Assembly (NCBI GenBank): GCA_963815115.1
Contig: CAWFFN010000005.1
Location: forward strand, 768,001-832,000
Reading direction: 5' to 3'
DNA from: an uncultured delta proteobacterium
GTDB taxonomy: Bacteria; Desulfobacterota; Binatia; DP-6
Length of the DNA stretch: 64,000 nt
Made by a program: the position numbers and the translations under genes. Below, piece by piece: positions 28,825 to 37,875 of the stretch. The notes under the pieces are model-generated. The model was not told the DNA's origin and searched no databases. It saw nothing but the letters and a program-made list of their open reading frames with translations. The stretch's first letter is position 1; each line of letters opens with the position of its first letter.

Positions 28825-30135
28825 TCACACCATCGTTGCGAGCCGGCGCCGGAGCTGAGAGGCGCCTCCGCGCATGCGGCTGGTGATGAACTCCAGATTC
28901 CGCTGCGACAGGAAGTAGCGGAGCCGTAGGAAGACTTCGGCGTTGTTGAGGCTGAACAGGATACGATGGCGCTTCCAGTTCCCTTCGTTCGCCAGGAGGG
29001 TGCAGCGGGCCGAAACGCCCAAAGTCTGCACGCCAAAAGGAAACTTGAAGGCAAAGTGCAGCGGCTGCGAGTTGACAACCAAGTGGGGTGGGATCTCCGG
29101 GCCGAGTTGGCGCCAACTGCGCTTAGCGACGGAGAACTCGAACCGTGCATTGATGTCCGGGCAGTGGACCACGACGGGCTGAAGCAGGCGGAGGACTGGG
29201 CCCGCATAGCGATGGTGTAGCTGTGCCGCGAGCTCTTCGAATGCCGCCTTGAGTTCCTCCGCCGGCACGTGGCTCGGCGGATCGTATGGCAGATCCGGCG
29301 CCTTCGCATGGTCCTTATCGAACCGTGCTAGCGCCGGCGCGGAGTCGTAGGGGACGTCGAGGTCAAACACGTCGCCAGGGTAAAGGACAGCCACGTCAAC
29401 GGTCTTCGCGCGGCAGAAGTCAACCACATCGCGGACACCGTTCGCATAGTCGTTCATGTATCGATTGTCCTGCGTCGAGAAGTACACGAAACTGGCGAAC
29501 GGAATGGTAGTACGGGCGCCGAGATCGAGGTGGTTCCGCGCCACCTTCTCCAAGACGCTGTGCGCCAGAACGGTGAGACGTCGTTCGCGCTCCGGCATAC
29601 CCGAGTAGCCCGCGAGCGAGAATTGGTTGAGTACTACATCTGCGGTACCAATGTCCCGGCGGATGAGCTTGCAGTCCGGCGTGCGGATCTCCGCGTCATT
29701 GACGTTCACGAGCACGCGCCCCTCGCTGCGCACCGCGAGACACGAGTTCATCAAACCTTCCTGGTAGCAGTAGACATCGCAGGACGGGGTGAGCTGGACC
29801 GTCTTGCGATGGGGCAGAGCTCGAAACTCGCGAAAGCCCAGACGGCGGAACGCGTCGAACATCTTGTCCGAGTTGTTCCTTTGAAAGAGCACGGTGACGC
29901 GCTCCTTGAACGCCGATGGGAGGGCTCGTAGCGTAGGGATGTGAAAGTGGTCCGGGTGCTCGTGCGAAATCCACAGGTAGGCGATCTCGTCAAGCCATTT
30001 CGGGTCCCAGCATGCTGGCGGGTACAACGACCAAGACTCGTTGAATGCTTTTCCCGCTAGCCACGGATCGGTCCATATTCGGACGTCCCCTGCCTGCACA
30101 ATGACGGACGCGTGGGAGACTAGTTGGATCTGCAT
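28825..30135 (-). CDS. MBL-fold protein of the NamH/CMP-Neu5Ac hydroxylase-like (UlaG-related) group, with no Rieske domain
   Basis: HASVIV...TDPWL...AF..SW, ISHEHPDHFHIPTL, NVNDA, QFSLA, IPFASFVYF. Confidence 0.7.
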   Translation of the reverse strand: MQIQLVSHASVIVQAGDVRIWTDPWLAGKAFNESWSLYPPACWDPKWLDEIAYLWISHEHPDHFHIPTLRALPSAFKERVTVLFQRNNSDKMFDAFRRLGFREFRALPHRKTVQLTPSCDVYCYQEGLMNSCLAVRSEGRVLVNVNDAEIRTPDCKLIRRDIGTADVVLNQFSLAGYSGMPERERRLTVLAHSVLEKVARNHLDLGARTTIPFASFVYFSTQDNRYMNDYANGVRDVVDFCRAKTVDVAVLYPGDVFDLDVPYDSAPALARFDKDHAKAPDLPYDPPSHVPAEELKAAFEELAAQLHHRYAGPVLRLLQPVVVHCPDINARFEFSVAKRSWRQLGPEIPPHLVVNSQPLHFAFKFPFGVQTLGVSARCTLLANEGNWKRHRILFSLNNAEVFLRLRYFLSQRNLEFITSRMRGGASQLRRRLATMV

Positions 30136-30783
30136 CGGGCGTCCCTACCCTGGACCGTGGAGGCCACCGTCATCTTTGTGGCTCGCTTCGCCTCAAACGT
30201 TTACCGCGTCGTGCGCCTGCCCGCCAGAGGGATGGACCACGTCAACCGAGCTCATGAGGCACGGCCATCGTCATCTTCACTCCTTCCCTCCCGTGTGTAC
30301 GCGCAAGCCGCCCATAGTTGGCGGAGAATCAGCCGGGTCGAGATGATGGCCGCGAACAGGCAGGACGGCTCCTGTGTGGCCGAGGGTTCGACGTGGCTCT
30401 TGAGGAGCCTCACGCCCCCCTCTTGGACGGCGTTCAATCGTCACCGTCTGGCCGAAGAGCGCATGCCCCGACGGCGTCGCGGGGGATTGCCGGAGAGCGG
30501 GCTCAGTAACGTCGACGTCGGGGCGGCGCGCGACGGCATCCTGGGGACGTGCCCATCGCGCACGGCGCGAAGAACTTCGTCTTGGTCACCACCGACAGGG
30601 CCGTGCAGATGCCACGGGCACTACCAAGTGGGACGACGCCAAGGCTGGTGCATGGTGGTCCAGGGCTCCAGAGCCAGGCGCGGTCGCTTCGTTGCGGTGC
30701 GGTAGCCGACGCAGCACCGCCGGCCAATTGCATCGCCACGACGGCATCCGCAGCGCCCGACCCGACCACGCCTCTCTCCACCT

Positions 30784-32334
30784 CTACTCGTTCGCGTGAT
30801 CGCGCGGTGCGGTGACCATCGGGAAGTGATCCGTGCGGAAGGGCGAGGCGGGCAGCCCAGCTTTGTTCCACAGGTTGACCATCGGATAGTTCTCCCAACC
30901 AAAGCGCACGGCGACAGGCTGTGCGACTTGCGGACTGGACACGATGATCTTCTCGCCTTCAATGTCGGCTACGGCAGACACGAACTTCCGATCTGCACCC
31001 GCCACGGCAAAACCAGCCAACTTCCCGCCCTTTGCGACCAAGCCGCCGCCGACATGGGTGAAGCTCAAAACAGCGCGATTGCCCTCGATCTTCAGGCCAG
31101 AATACACCGGCCCCGAATACTCGATCTCTTCGCCATAAGCGATAGCGCGCGCGGCCAGCGCCAGCCGTTCGCCCACCTGGCGTTTCTCTTTTGGATGAAT
31201 GTCGCGTTCTTCACCGACATCTGTGATGACGGCCATCCCGGTCTTCGGCAATTCCAGGGTCAGCGATTGCGCTTCGCGCAGTTCCGGCCACGTGCCTGCC
31301 GCTGGTGGTGCGTACGGCGCAAGCTGTACAAACACGAACGGCAGGTCATTTCCCCTATCCCGTCCGAATGTTTTGCGCCAATCCTGAATCATCGCAGGAA
31401 AGGTCCCTCGGTATTCGTAGGCACGAGTCGCATTCGCTTCACCCTGATACCAGATCACGCCGCGCATCGCGTATGGAACCAACGGCGCGATCATCCCGTT
31501 GTACAGGCCCGCGGGACGATTCTGATGTTCCGGCCCCATCGGTTTGGCGGGCGCTGCCGGTGCGGGCGTCCCTGCCTCCTTGGCATCGGCGGCATCCCGT
31601 TTGTATGTGTCCATCGCGGCGTCCCACGTGGCTTTGTGTTGAGGCCAGGCGGCAACAGACGTGGCGTAACGAGCGCGAACTCCGGCAAAAGCTGGATCAC
31701 TCGCCACGACGCGACCGCTCGTCCACGATTCGACTGGCGTACCGGCGTATGAAGCATTGATCAAACCAACGGGCACACCGTGCCGCGCCAGTTGCAACGC
31801 GCGACCGAAGAAATACCCGACAGCAGAAAAGTTCGCGGCCGAAGTTGGCGTGCATTCCCACCAGTTACCTCTGACATCGGCGACAGGCGCATCCTGCGGA
31901 TTGCGGGGCACGGTGAAGAACCGAAGCGTCGGATGGTTCGCTGCCGCAATATCGGCATGTGCGTTGGTGGTGTGCGACAGGGGAAATGCCATATTCGATT
32001 GGCCGCTGCACAGCCAGACCTCGCCCACCAGTACGTTTTGTATTGTCACGGTATCGGTGCCGGTAATCGTCATTTCGAACGGCCCGCCGGCTGTCAGGCT
32101 GTGCAGCGTGACCATCCATTTGCCATCTGCAGCGACGGCGGAAGCCCTTTGTCCTTGAAAGTCGACCGTTACCTTCTCACCGTTCGCCGCCCAGCCCCAC
32201 ACCGGCGCCGGCATGTGCTGTTGCAGGACACAGCCGTCCGAAAACAGGGCCGCCGGTTTGACGGCAGGACGCGCCGGTGCGCTGACGGCGAAACAGAAGA
32301 GCAGAGGGATGACAGAGCTGGCAATTGAACGCAT
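30784..32334 (-). CDS. Sialate O-acetylesterase (SASA/SGNH), secreted
   Basis: LFSDGCVLQQ, VGEVWLCSGQSNM, FSAVGYFFG, GLYNGMIAPL...GVIWYQGEAN, DIHP, LPASPFRTD. Confidence 0.92.
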   Translation of the reverse strand: MRSIASSVIPLLFCFAVSAPARPAVKPAALFSDGCVLQQHMPAPVWGWAANGEKVTVDFQGQRASAVAADGKWMVTLHSLTAGGPFEMTITGTDTVTIQNVLVGEVWLCSGQSNMAFPLSHTTNAHADIAAANHPTLRFFTVPRNPQDAPVADVRGNWWECTPTSAANFSAVGYFFGRALQLARHGVPVGLINASYAGTPVESWTSGRVVASDPAFAGVRARYATSVAAWPQHKATWDAAMDTYKRDAADAKEAGTPAPAAPAKPMGPEHQNRPAGLYNGMIAPLVPYAMRGVIWYQGEANATRAYEYRGTFPAMIQDWRKTFGRDRGNDLPFVFVQLAPYAPPAAGTWPELREAQSLTLELPKTGMAVITDVGEERDIHPKEKRQVGERLALAARAIAYGEEIEYSGPVYSGLKIEGNRAVLSFTHVGGGLVAKGGKLAGFAVAGADRKFVSAVADIEGEKIIVSSPQVAQPVAVRFGWENYPMVNLWNKAGLPASPFRTDHFPMVTAPRDHANE

Positions 32335-32700
32335 GCGGAATTTCAGTGGGTTGGACGTTGATGACGGGAGTTCAGCTCCGTCAGGGAGCCAGGATGACCC
32401 GGCCACTCTCCAAAACGCGCAGGCCAACCGCCAGTAGCGTCACGGGTCTTCTCGCGGACCCCGAAGCCGTTGGTCAATCTCGGCGTCACTACGGAGCTCC
32501 GCAAAAACACCAACGTCGGGGAATTTCAAATAGACCTGGCCAGACGGCTGGGGACGTCGGAACGGTCTGGTGACAAGCTGGTCGACTTCGATCCCATCTG
32601 GCGAGATCCTGTCGACGATCGATCGCCACGCGCCGCTGGTCGGTCGGCTGTGCGGGTGACGCGCCGGGACGCTCGAACCCGTCGGGCGCCCGCGCCGCGG

Positions 32701-33996
32701 CTAGGAAGACGTCGGCAGGGCGCGAATCGCCGCGCGCAGGGCCGTGAGCGGGGCACCGAGCGCCCCGCGCGTTTCGTCTGACAGCTCGTGTCGGGATCTC
32801 TTCGAGCCGAGGAGCTTGCCGTATGCGGCGAGGTTCCTCTGCGCCGTCCGGAGCGCGGCTCGCGACGCGTGGCCGTGGCGCTGTCCGAGGACCTGCTCCG
32901 CATGGGCGACCGCGGCGCTCGCGTGCTGGATTCGTAGCGTCAGCTTGGACGCCAGGGCTCCCGCGTTGCTCGCGGCGATCGCGGTGACGAGCTGATCGAG
33001 CCGACAGCGCGTGGACTCGTACGCCGGAAGTCCGTCGCATGCGTCCCCGGGCAACGTCGACGTCGTGGTCGCGCCGTCGATCGACCGGACGGTTGTCGTC
33101 GTGGTCGTGCTCGCTGGAAGTGTCGTCAGGGTAGAGGTGGTCGTCGAGCCGCTGCCCGGTAGGGTCGTGCTCGTGGTCGTCGAGGGCGGCGGAGTCTTGG
33201 GGAACGTGAACACCGGCATCCCCTGCGCATCGGTGATCGAGTACTGCAGTCCGGGGATGATCTGCCCGTGGTCGTCCAGCGGCTCGATGGCGAGGAGCTT
33301 GAGCGTGTCGCCGAAGTCGGCGACCGCCTCGGCGTCCCAGCCGGTGATGCCCTGCTGGTTGGCGAAGGCCGTGTCCGCACGCAGCTCGAGGGTCGTACAG
33401 CCTGCCGGGTCCCAGTGCGCGACCTCCACGGGTCCGCAGCTGTCGCCCGTGCACTGGATCAGCTGGCCGTTGAGCCTCGCGGTGCCGAAGGCCTGCGTGA
33501 GGATACGGTCGTCCGAACCGGCGTGCGACGCCGTGCCCGTGAGCCCGATGTGAAACTTGACGACGCTGGCGGGTGTCTGGAGAGAGCCCGATAGACCGCA
33601 CATCATCACCGACGCGTCCCCGTGGGCGAGGTACGAGACGCCCAGCTTCTGGGCGTCGTGTCGGGATTCCCTCGCGGACGCCCTCAGGGTCACGCCGTCA
33701 ATGGTGAGCGTCGCTTCCGCGAAGACGTTGGCGCAGAAGAAATCCGAGGTCCCGGGCGCCGGGCACAGCGCGCCGCCGAACGAGAAGTCGCCACTGGACG
33801 CCTGCTGCGGCGGTGTCGACCCCTGGTGCGGGATGCTCCTGTCGGAACCCGGGATGAGCCAGCCCGCCTCGGCGGAGTAGGTGATCGACGCCATCGCGCG
33901 CCGCACGCCGCCCAGCGAGGCGACGGCGACGATCAGCGCGGCGAGGCGACGGGCGAGACGAGCTCGTCGGCAGCCACGGGTCTCCCGAGCATTCAC
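32701..33996 (-). CDS. Secreted hypothetical protein with Thr-rich linker and C-terminal helical domain
   Basis: Signal-like LAALIVAVASLGG; PPPSTTTSTTLP...TTTTT linker; start approximate. Confidence 0.65.
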   Translation of the reverse strand: MNARETRGCRRARLARRLAALIVAVASLGGVRRAMASITYSAEAGWLIPGSDRSIPHQGSTPPQQASSGDFSFGGALCPAPGTSDFFCANVFAEATLTIDGVTLRASARESRHDAQKLGVSYLAHGDASVMMCGLSGSLQTPASVVKFHIGLTGTASHAGSDDRILTQAFGTARLNGQLIQCTGDSCGPVEVAHWDPAGCTTLELRADTAFANQQGITGWDAEAVADFGDTLKLLAIEPLDDHGQIIPGLQYSITDAQGMPVFTFPKTPPPSTTTSTTLPGSGSTTTSTLTTLPASTTTTTTVRSIDGATTTSTLPGDACDGLPAYESTRCRLDQLVTAIAASNAGALASKLTLRIQHASAAVAHAEQVLGQRHGHASRAALRTAQRNLAAYGKLLGSKRSRHELSDETRGALGAPLTALRAAIRALPTSS

Positions 33997-34430
33997 GCTC
34001 CCCGCGATAGCACGCGAGGCAACGCGACGTCCATGGAAACGAGCGCTCGCCGCGACCCCGGACCGCGATCCGCCAGCTCCGCGGTCCACCCCGCAGCTGC
34101 TGCGCCACGACGTCCTTGTGCAAACGTCCAGTCCGAGCAGCCGCGCGGAGCTCGCTCTCGTGCGGGCGGCAATCGCGCCTCGCATGGCTCGCCGGTGGGA
34201 ACGCGCGGTGTCGCGCAATCGACGAGGGGCTCACCTCGTACGGGTGTTCCGCAGATTCTCACGCCGCGGGTGGAGAGGCGGGTTCATGGCCCGACGATTC
34301 TTTCAGCAGGCAACCGGATCACCCGCGACGCCCCTGGGGTTGGCGGGCGGCAGCTGCGGCGGTGCCCAACCCGACCAGCGAGTGGTGTCGACCCGGGAGT
34401 CGTGTATCGGTGAGCGGGAGGAGTCGAGCC

Positions 34431-35336
34431 ATGCAGAACCTCGATGGAAAGGTCGCCGTGGTCACCGGCGCCGCGAGCGGGATCGGGCGCGGCATGTGCG
34501 AGGCGTTCGTCGGCGCCGGCATGCGCGTGGTGCTGGCCGACGTCGAGGAGCAGGCGCTCGAGCGCAGCACCCGGGCGCTGCGGGAAGCCGGTGCGGACGC
34601 GCACGCGGTGGTGACGGACGTCTCGAAACCGGAGCAGGTCGAGGCGCTCGCGGCCGAGACGCTGCGTCGCTACGGCGCCGTGCATGTCGTCTGCAACAAC
34701 GCCGGCGTCGCCACCGAAACCATACCGGGCTGGAGCGGGACGCTGGACGATTGGGGCTGGGTCCTGGGCGTGAACCTGATGGGTGTCATCCATGGCGTGC
34801 GCACCTTCCTGCCGATCCTGATCAACCAGGGGGCCGGCGGGCACATCGTCAACACCGCATCGCTGGCGGGGCTGGTGACCGGCGGGAACATCCCCTACGC
34901 CGTGACGAAGTTCGGCGTGGTGGCGCTATCCGAAGGGGTGTACCTCGAGCTGAAGCAGCGCGGCTACCGCCCCAGCATCTCGGTGCTCTGTCCCGGGTTC
35001 GTGAACACGAACATTCTCGACTGTGCCCGCAATCGACCCCCGGAGCTGGCCGCGACGGGGACGCCGATGACCGGGCCCGTCGCAGACGCCTTCCGGGAGT
35101 GGTTCGCGGAGCAGTTGCAGCAGGGCCTCGATCCACGCCGGGTCGGCGATCAGGTGCTGGCGGCCATCCGTGACGATCGCTTCTACATCCTGACCCACCC
35201 GGAGTGGAACCCGATCATCGAGCACCGGATGCGGGCGATCCTCGCCGGTGACAACCCGAGCCAGCTCCCGCCACCCGGATTCGAGTCGCTGATGCAGAAG
35301 CTTGCGGCGCTCGCCGAAGGCCAGGGTTCGAGCTAG
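34431..35336 (+). CDS. SDR family oxidoreductase
   Basis: GGAGG SD; VVTGAASGIG, CNNAGV, VNTAS, YAVTK, VLCPGFVNT. Confidence 0.92.
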   Translation: MQNLDGKVAVVTGAASGIGRGMCEAFVGAGMRVVLADVEEQALERSTRALREAGADAHAVVTDVSKPEQVEALAAETLRRYGAVHVVCNNAGVATETIPGWSGTLDDWGWVLGVNLMGVIHGVRTFLPILINQGAGGHIVNTASLAGLVTGGNIPYAVTKFGVVALSEGVYLELKQRGYRPSISVLCPGFVNTNILDCARNRPPELAATGTPMTGPVADAFREWFAEQLQQGLDPRRVGDQVLAAIRDDRFYILTHPEWNPIIEHRMRAILAGDNPSQLPPPGFESLMQKLAALAEGQGSS

Positions 35337-35380
35337 CGCCGCGCACGGAGCGAGTTGCTTGGTAGGCGCCGTATGAGTGG

Positions 35381-35690
35381 CTACCACCCGTAGCCCGCAG
35401 CGTACGTGAGGGCGGCGAGGCTCGCCTGTCCTGTGACGTTCGGATGGATGTAGTCGGCGGTCGAGATCTCGCTCGGCACCCATTGGTGATCGAAGGTCGC
35501 GTCGTTGTCGAACTTGCAATTTCTGAACGAGGCACACACCGTCGCGAGTGCGCTGTTGAAATCGATGATTCGCTGCCGAACGCGAGCGCCGGTCGATATC
35601 TGCCTGTGCGGTGGACGTCGGGTTCGCGAGGAGCGAATTGCAGATCGGGAACGATGCCCAGGCCGCGACCGCACTCGGGCGGGCCGTCGA
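35381..35690 (-). pseudogene. C-terminal fragment of a GDSL/SGNH hydrolase (frameshifted, 5'-truncated)
   Basis: ICNSLLANPTSTAQADIDRR in one frame continues as RVRQRIIDFNSALATVC...DYIHPNVTGQASLA (DxxHP block V) in another. Confidence 0.65.
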
Positions 35691-35853
35691 GCGGTCGCTG
35701 GACGCACGGCCCCCGCCGCCGGCTTGGATCCTGCGGGCATTTCGAGAGCGCGCCAGGGCGCGCGCTGTGCAAGTTCTACAGCTTCCCTGAAAAAAGGAGC
35801 GTCCTTCATCGGAAGATGGCGGCTCTCCACGGGGCGCTGGCGGTGCAATGCCC

Positions 35854-35869
35854 TGGCACGCCAATTGTT
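35854..35869 (+). promoter_or_regulatory. Sigma54-like -24/-12 promoter
   Basis: TGGCAC-GCCAA-TTGTT (one mismatch to TGGCAC-N5-TTGC), about 30 nt upstream of ATG 35900. Confidence 0.45.
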
Positions 35870-35899
35870 CTTCGAGGGTCCGGCGAAAGGAGGCTCAGC

Positions 35900-36394
35900 A
35901 TGAAACGAAAGGGCTCATTCGGATCACTCGCGGTGCTCGGGGGCTTGCTTCTCGGGTTCGGCGTGCAACACGCCGCAGCATCTGACGATTGCACCTACCA
36001 GGGGACGAAGTTCTCCGAGGGCGCGGCATCGTGCCAGGCGGGCATGCAGTTCCGGTGCGACGACGGCAGCTGGAAGGCTGCCGGCATCGCCTGCAGCGAC
36101 AACCCGGCCACGAGTCCGGTCGCGTCACGCGCCTGCCAGTTCGCCGGCGTCACGTATCCGAACGGCACGGCGAGCTGTCAGGGAGGCAATCAGTTCCGCT
36201 GCGACGACGGCGCCTGGGCGAGCCTCAGTACGGCATGTCCGGTAGGCGACTCGCCGGTGCGGGTCGTGCCCCAGGGGCGCGGCTGCCTCTTCAACGATGC
36301 GCCGGTCGCCCACAACCATGCGATCTGCAAGCAGGGCACGACGTATCTGTGCAGCGACGGCGACTGGGTTATCCTCGGCACGAAGTGCCGCTAG
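35900..36394 (+). CDS. Secreted Cys-rich protein with three tandem 4-Cys repeats (DUF1496/VWC-like)
   Basis: AAGGAGG SD; signal peptide; repeats C-x13-C-x7-C-x2-G-x-W-x6-C. Confidence 0.8.
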   Translation: MKRKGSFGSLAVLGGLLLGFGVQHAAASDDCTYQGTKFSEGAASCQAGMQFRCDDGSWKAAGIACSDNPATSPVASRACQFAGVTYPNGTASCQGGNQFRCDDGAWASLSTACPVGDSPVRVVPQGRGCLFNDAPVAHNHAICKQGTTYLCSDGDWVILGTKCR

Positions 36395-36473
36395 TCGCGC
36401 GCATCGGACGCGGGACCAGCGGCCAGGAAGCCGCCGACGGGATCGCCTTCGATCTCGCCCGTCGTCGGTGCGG

Positions 36474-36512
36474 ACTCCGCGCCCCGCCCGTCAGCGGCGG
36501 GACGCGGAGTTT
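36474..36512 (+). terminator. Probable intrinsic terminator hairpin
   Basis: ACTCCGCGCCCCGCC...GGCGGGACGCGGAGT followed by TT, downstream of the Cys-rich gene. Confidence 0.5.
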
Positions 36513-36628
36513 CCCGTCCCGGGCCTGGCTCCGCCGCCGCGACCGATGACGCGTCGTCGAGCCGGTGCCACAATGCTGCGATGCGACGGCAAGTGGCGTC
36601 ATGCGCCGGCCGAGGTCGCCCGCGACTT

Positions 36629-36754
36629 CCGGCGACAGCGTGCTCCGCCTCAACGCCGCGAGCTGCGACGCGGTGCTCGATGGTGCCGCACCGTCGCCGC
36701 GCGCGTCGCGGCAGTGCGCGGGACGATCCGATCGCGTAGGATCGGGCTCGCATG
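36629..36754 (+). repeat. Direct repeat, right copy (decayed VWA 3' end, ending at the Rieske ATG)
   Basis: CCGGCGACAGCGTGCTCCGCCTCAACGCCGCGAGCTGCGACGCGGTGCTCGA...CGATCCGATCGCGTAGGATCGGGCTCGCATG. Confidence 0.9.
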
Positions 36755-37102
36755 ACCGTCCCGATCGCCCGCACCGACGAGCTGTCGCCTGGCCGGAGCA
36801 AAAAGTTCCTGCTCACGGTCGAGGGGACGGAGGTCGAAGGGTTCCTGCTCAACGTGGGCGGCGCGTTCCACGCCTACGTGAACCGCTGCCGGCACGTTCC
36901 CATGGGACTCGACTGGGTCGAGAACCAGTTCTTCACCGAGGACGGGCAGTACGTGCAGTGCGCCACCCACGGCGCCTACTACGTGCCGGAGACCGGCGAG
37001 TGCATCGCCGGACCGCCGTGCGGCAAGTCGCTGACCCGCGTCCCGCTGCGGATCGAGCACGGGACGATCTTCGCCGACGATCCCGGGCCGCTGCCCGACT
37101 AA
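36752..37102 (+). CDS. Rieske [2Fe-2S] ferredoxin
   Basis: NRCRH...QCATHGA (CxH...CxxH), GECIAGP. Confidence 0.92.
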   Translation: MTVPIARTDELSPGRSKKFLLTVEGTEVEGFLLNVGGAFHAYVNRCRHVPMGLDWVENQFFTEDGQYVQCATHGAYYVPETGECIAGPPCGKSLTRVPLRIEHGTIFADDPGPLPD

Positions 37103-37455
37103 GCCCGCTGCCGGAACCGCGCGAGCCCGAACCAGGTCTGCATCTGACGCTGGGCTCGCGCCCGGTGCTCCGGCTTGATGTGCATCGCCACGCAGGCCGT
37201 GGCGGCGACGAACGTGCCGAGATCGTCCGCGAAGCCCACGACCGGGGTGAAGTCGGGGATGAGGTCGGTCGGGAGGATGAAGTAGCCGAGCGCTCCGGCG
37301 ATGATCGCGCGCGCCCAGCGCGGCGTGTCGGGGTCGCGCAGGCAGTGGTAGAGCGTGATCGCTTCCTCGATCACCTCGCCGCCGGCGCGCCGGGCGAAGC
37401 GGCGCACCGTGTCCCAGAAGCGGGAATCACTGAAGTGGCTGGCATGGTCGGACAT
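37099..37455 (-). CDS. YkvA/DUF1232 family protein
   Basis: DPDTPRWARAIIAGALGYFILPTDLIPDFTPVVGFADDL. Confidence 0.88.
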   Translation of the reverse strand: MSDHASHFSDSRFWDTVRRFARRAGGEVIEEAITLYHCLRDPDTPRWARAIIAGALGYFILPTDLIPDFTPVVGFADDLGTFVAATACVAMHIKPEHRARAQRQMQTWFGLARFRQRA

Positions 37456-37485
37456 GCGGGCTCCTCATAGCACGAATGGATGCGC

Positions 37486-37875
37486 TCAGCGCGGGGGACA
37501 GAGGTCGAGGGTCAGGATGAACAGATCGCTCGAGCCGGGACGATGCTCTGCCAGGATGGTCACGGTCTGATCGGGACGCGCGGCGGCGTAGCGTACCAGG
37601 AGATCGCGCGATCCCTGCAGGACGAAGCGGGTGCCCGGCTGCGGGTCGGTCGGCGGGACGTCGGCGAAGCCGAAGGTCCGAACGTCCGAGGCCGCGAAGG
37701 CGTGCTCGGTCCCGAGCGCGACGAGGACGAGCGGCGTGGCGGTTGCCGGCGGCGTCACCGTGCCGGGATGTCCCTGGAGACGCAGCAGCGCGCGGGGATT
37801 CGTGCGCGGCGGCGGATGCGCCGCCGCGACGCCGAACAGGAGGACGCTGCACGCGATGGCCAGTCCGGTACGCAT
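37486..37875 (-). CDS. Small secreted hypothetical protein
   Basis: Signal peptide; TGATG overlap with the upstream HEAT gene. Confidence 0.6.
   Translation of the reverse strand: MRTGLAIACSVLLFGVAAAHPPPRTNPRALLRLQGHPGTVTPPATATPLVLVALGTEHAFAASDVRTFGFADVPPTDPQPGTRFVLQGSRDLLVRYAAARPDQTVTILAEHRPGSSDLFILTLDLCPPR

Larger units (their letters stand above)
27147..36628. mobile_element. Genomic island/insertion bounded by direct repeats (no intact integrase seen)
   Basis: Flanking ~125-bp direct repeats, IS remnant at the left end, visibly more A/T-rich cargo over about 27.4-32.6 kb, and pseudogene fragments. Confidence 0.75.

Noticed and set aside
30136-30783. Short ORFs in the island spacer between the MBL and esterase genes
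   Set aside because: No motifs, SD or consistent coding signal; probably decayed DNA.
32470-32620. Possible HTH remnant (QIDLARRLGTSERS)
   Set aside because: Too short, with no convincing start or continuation; cannot be supported.
33050-33190. GTCGTG/GTGGTC repeats
   Set aside because: Explained by the Thr-rich linker codons of the minus-strand secreted protein.
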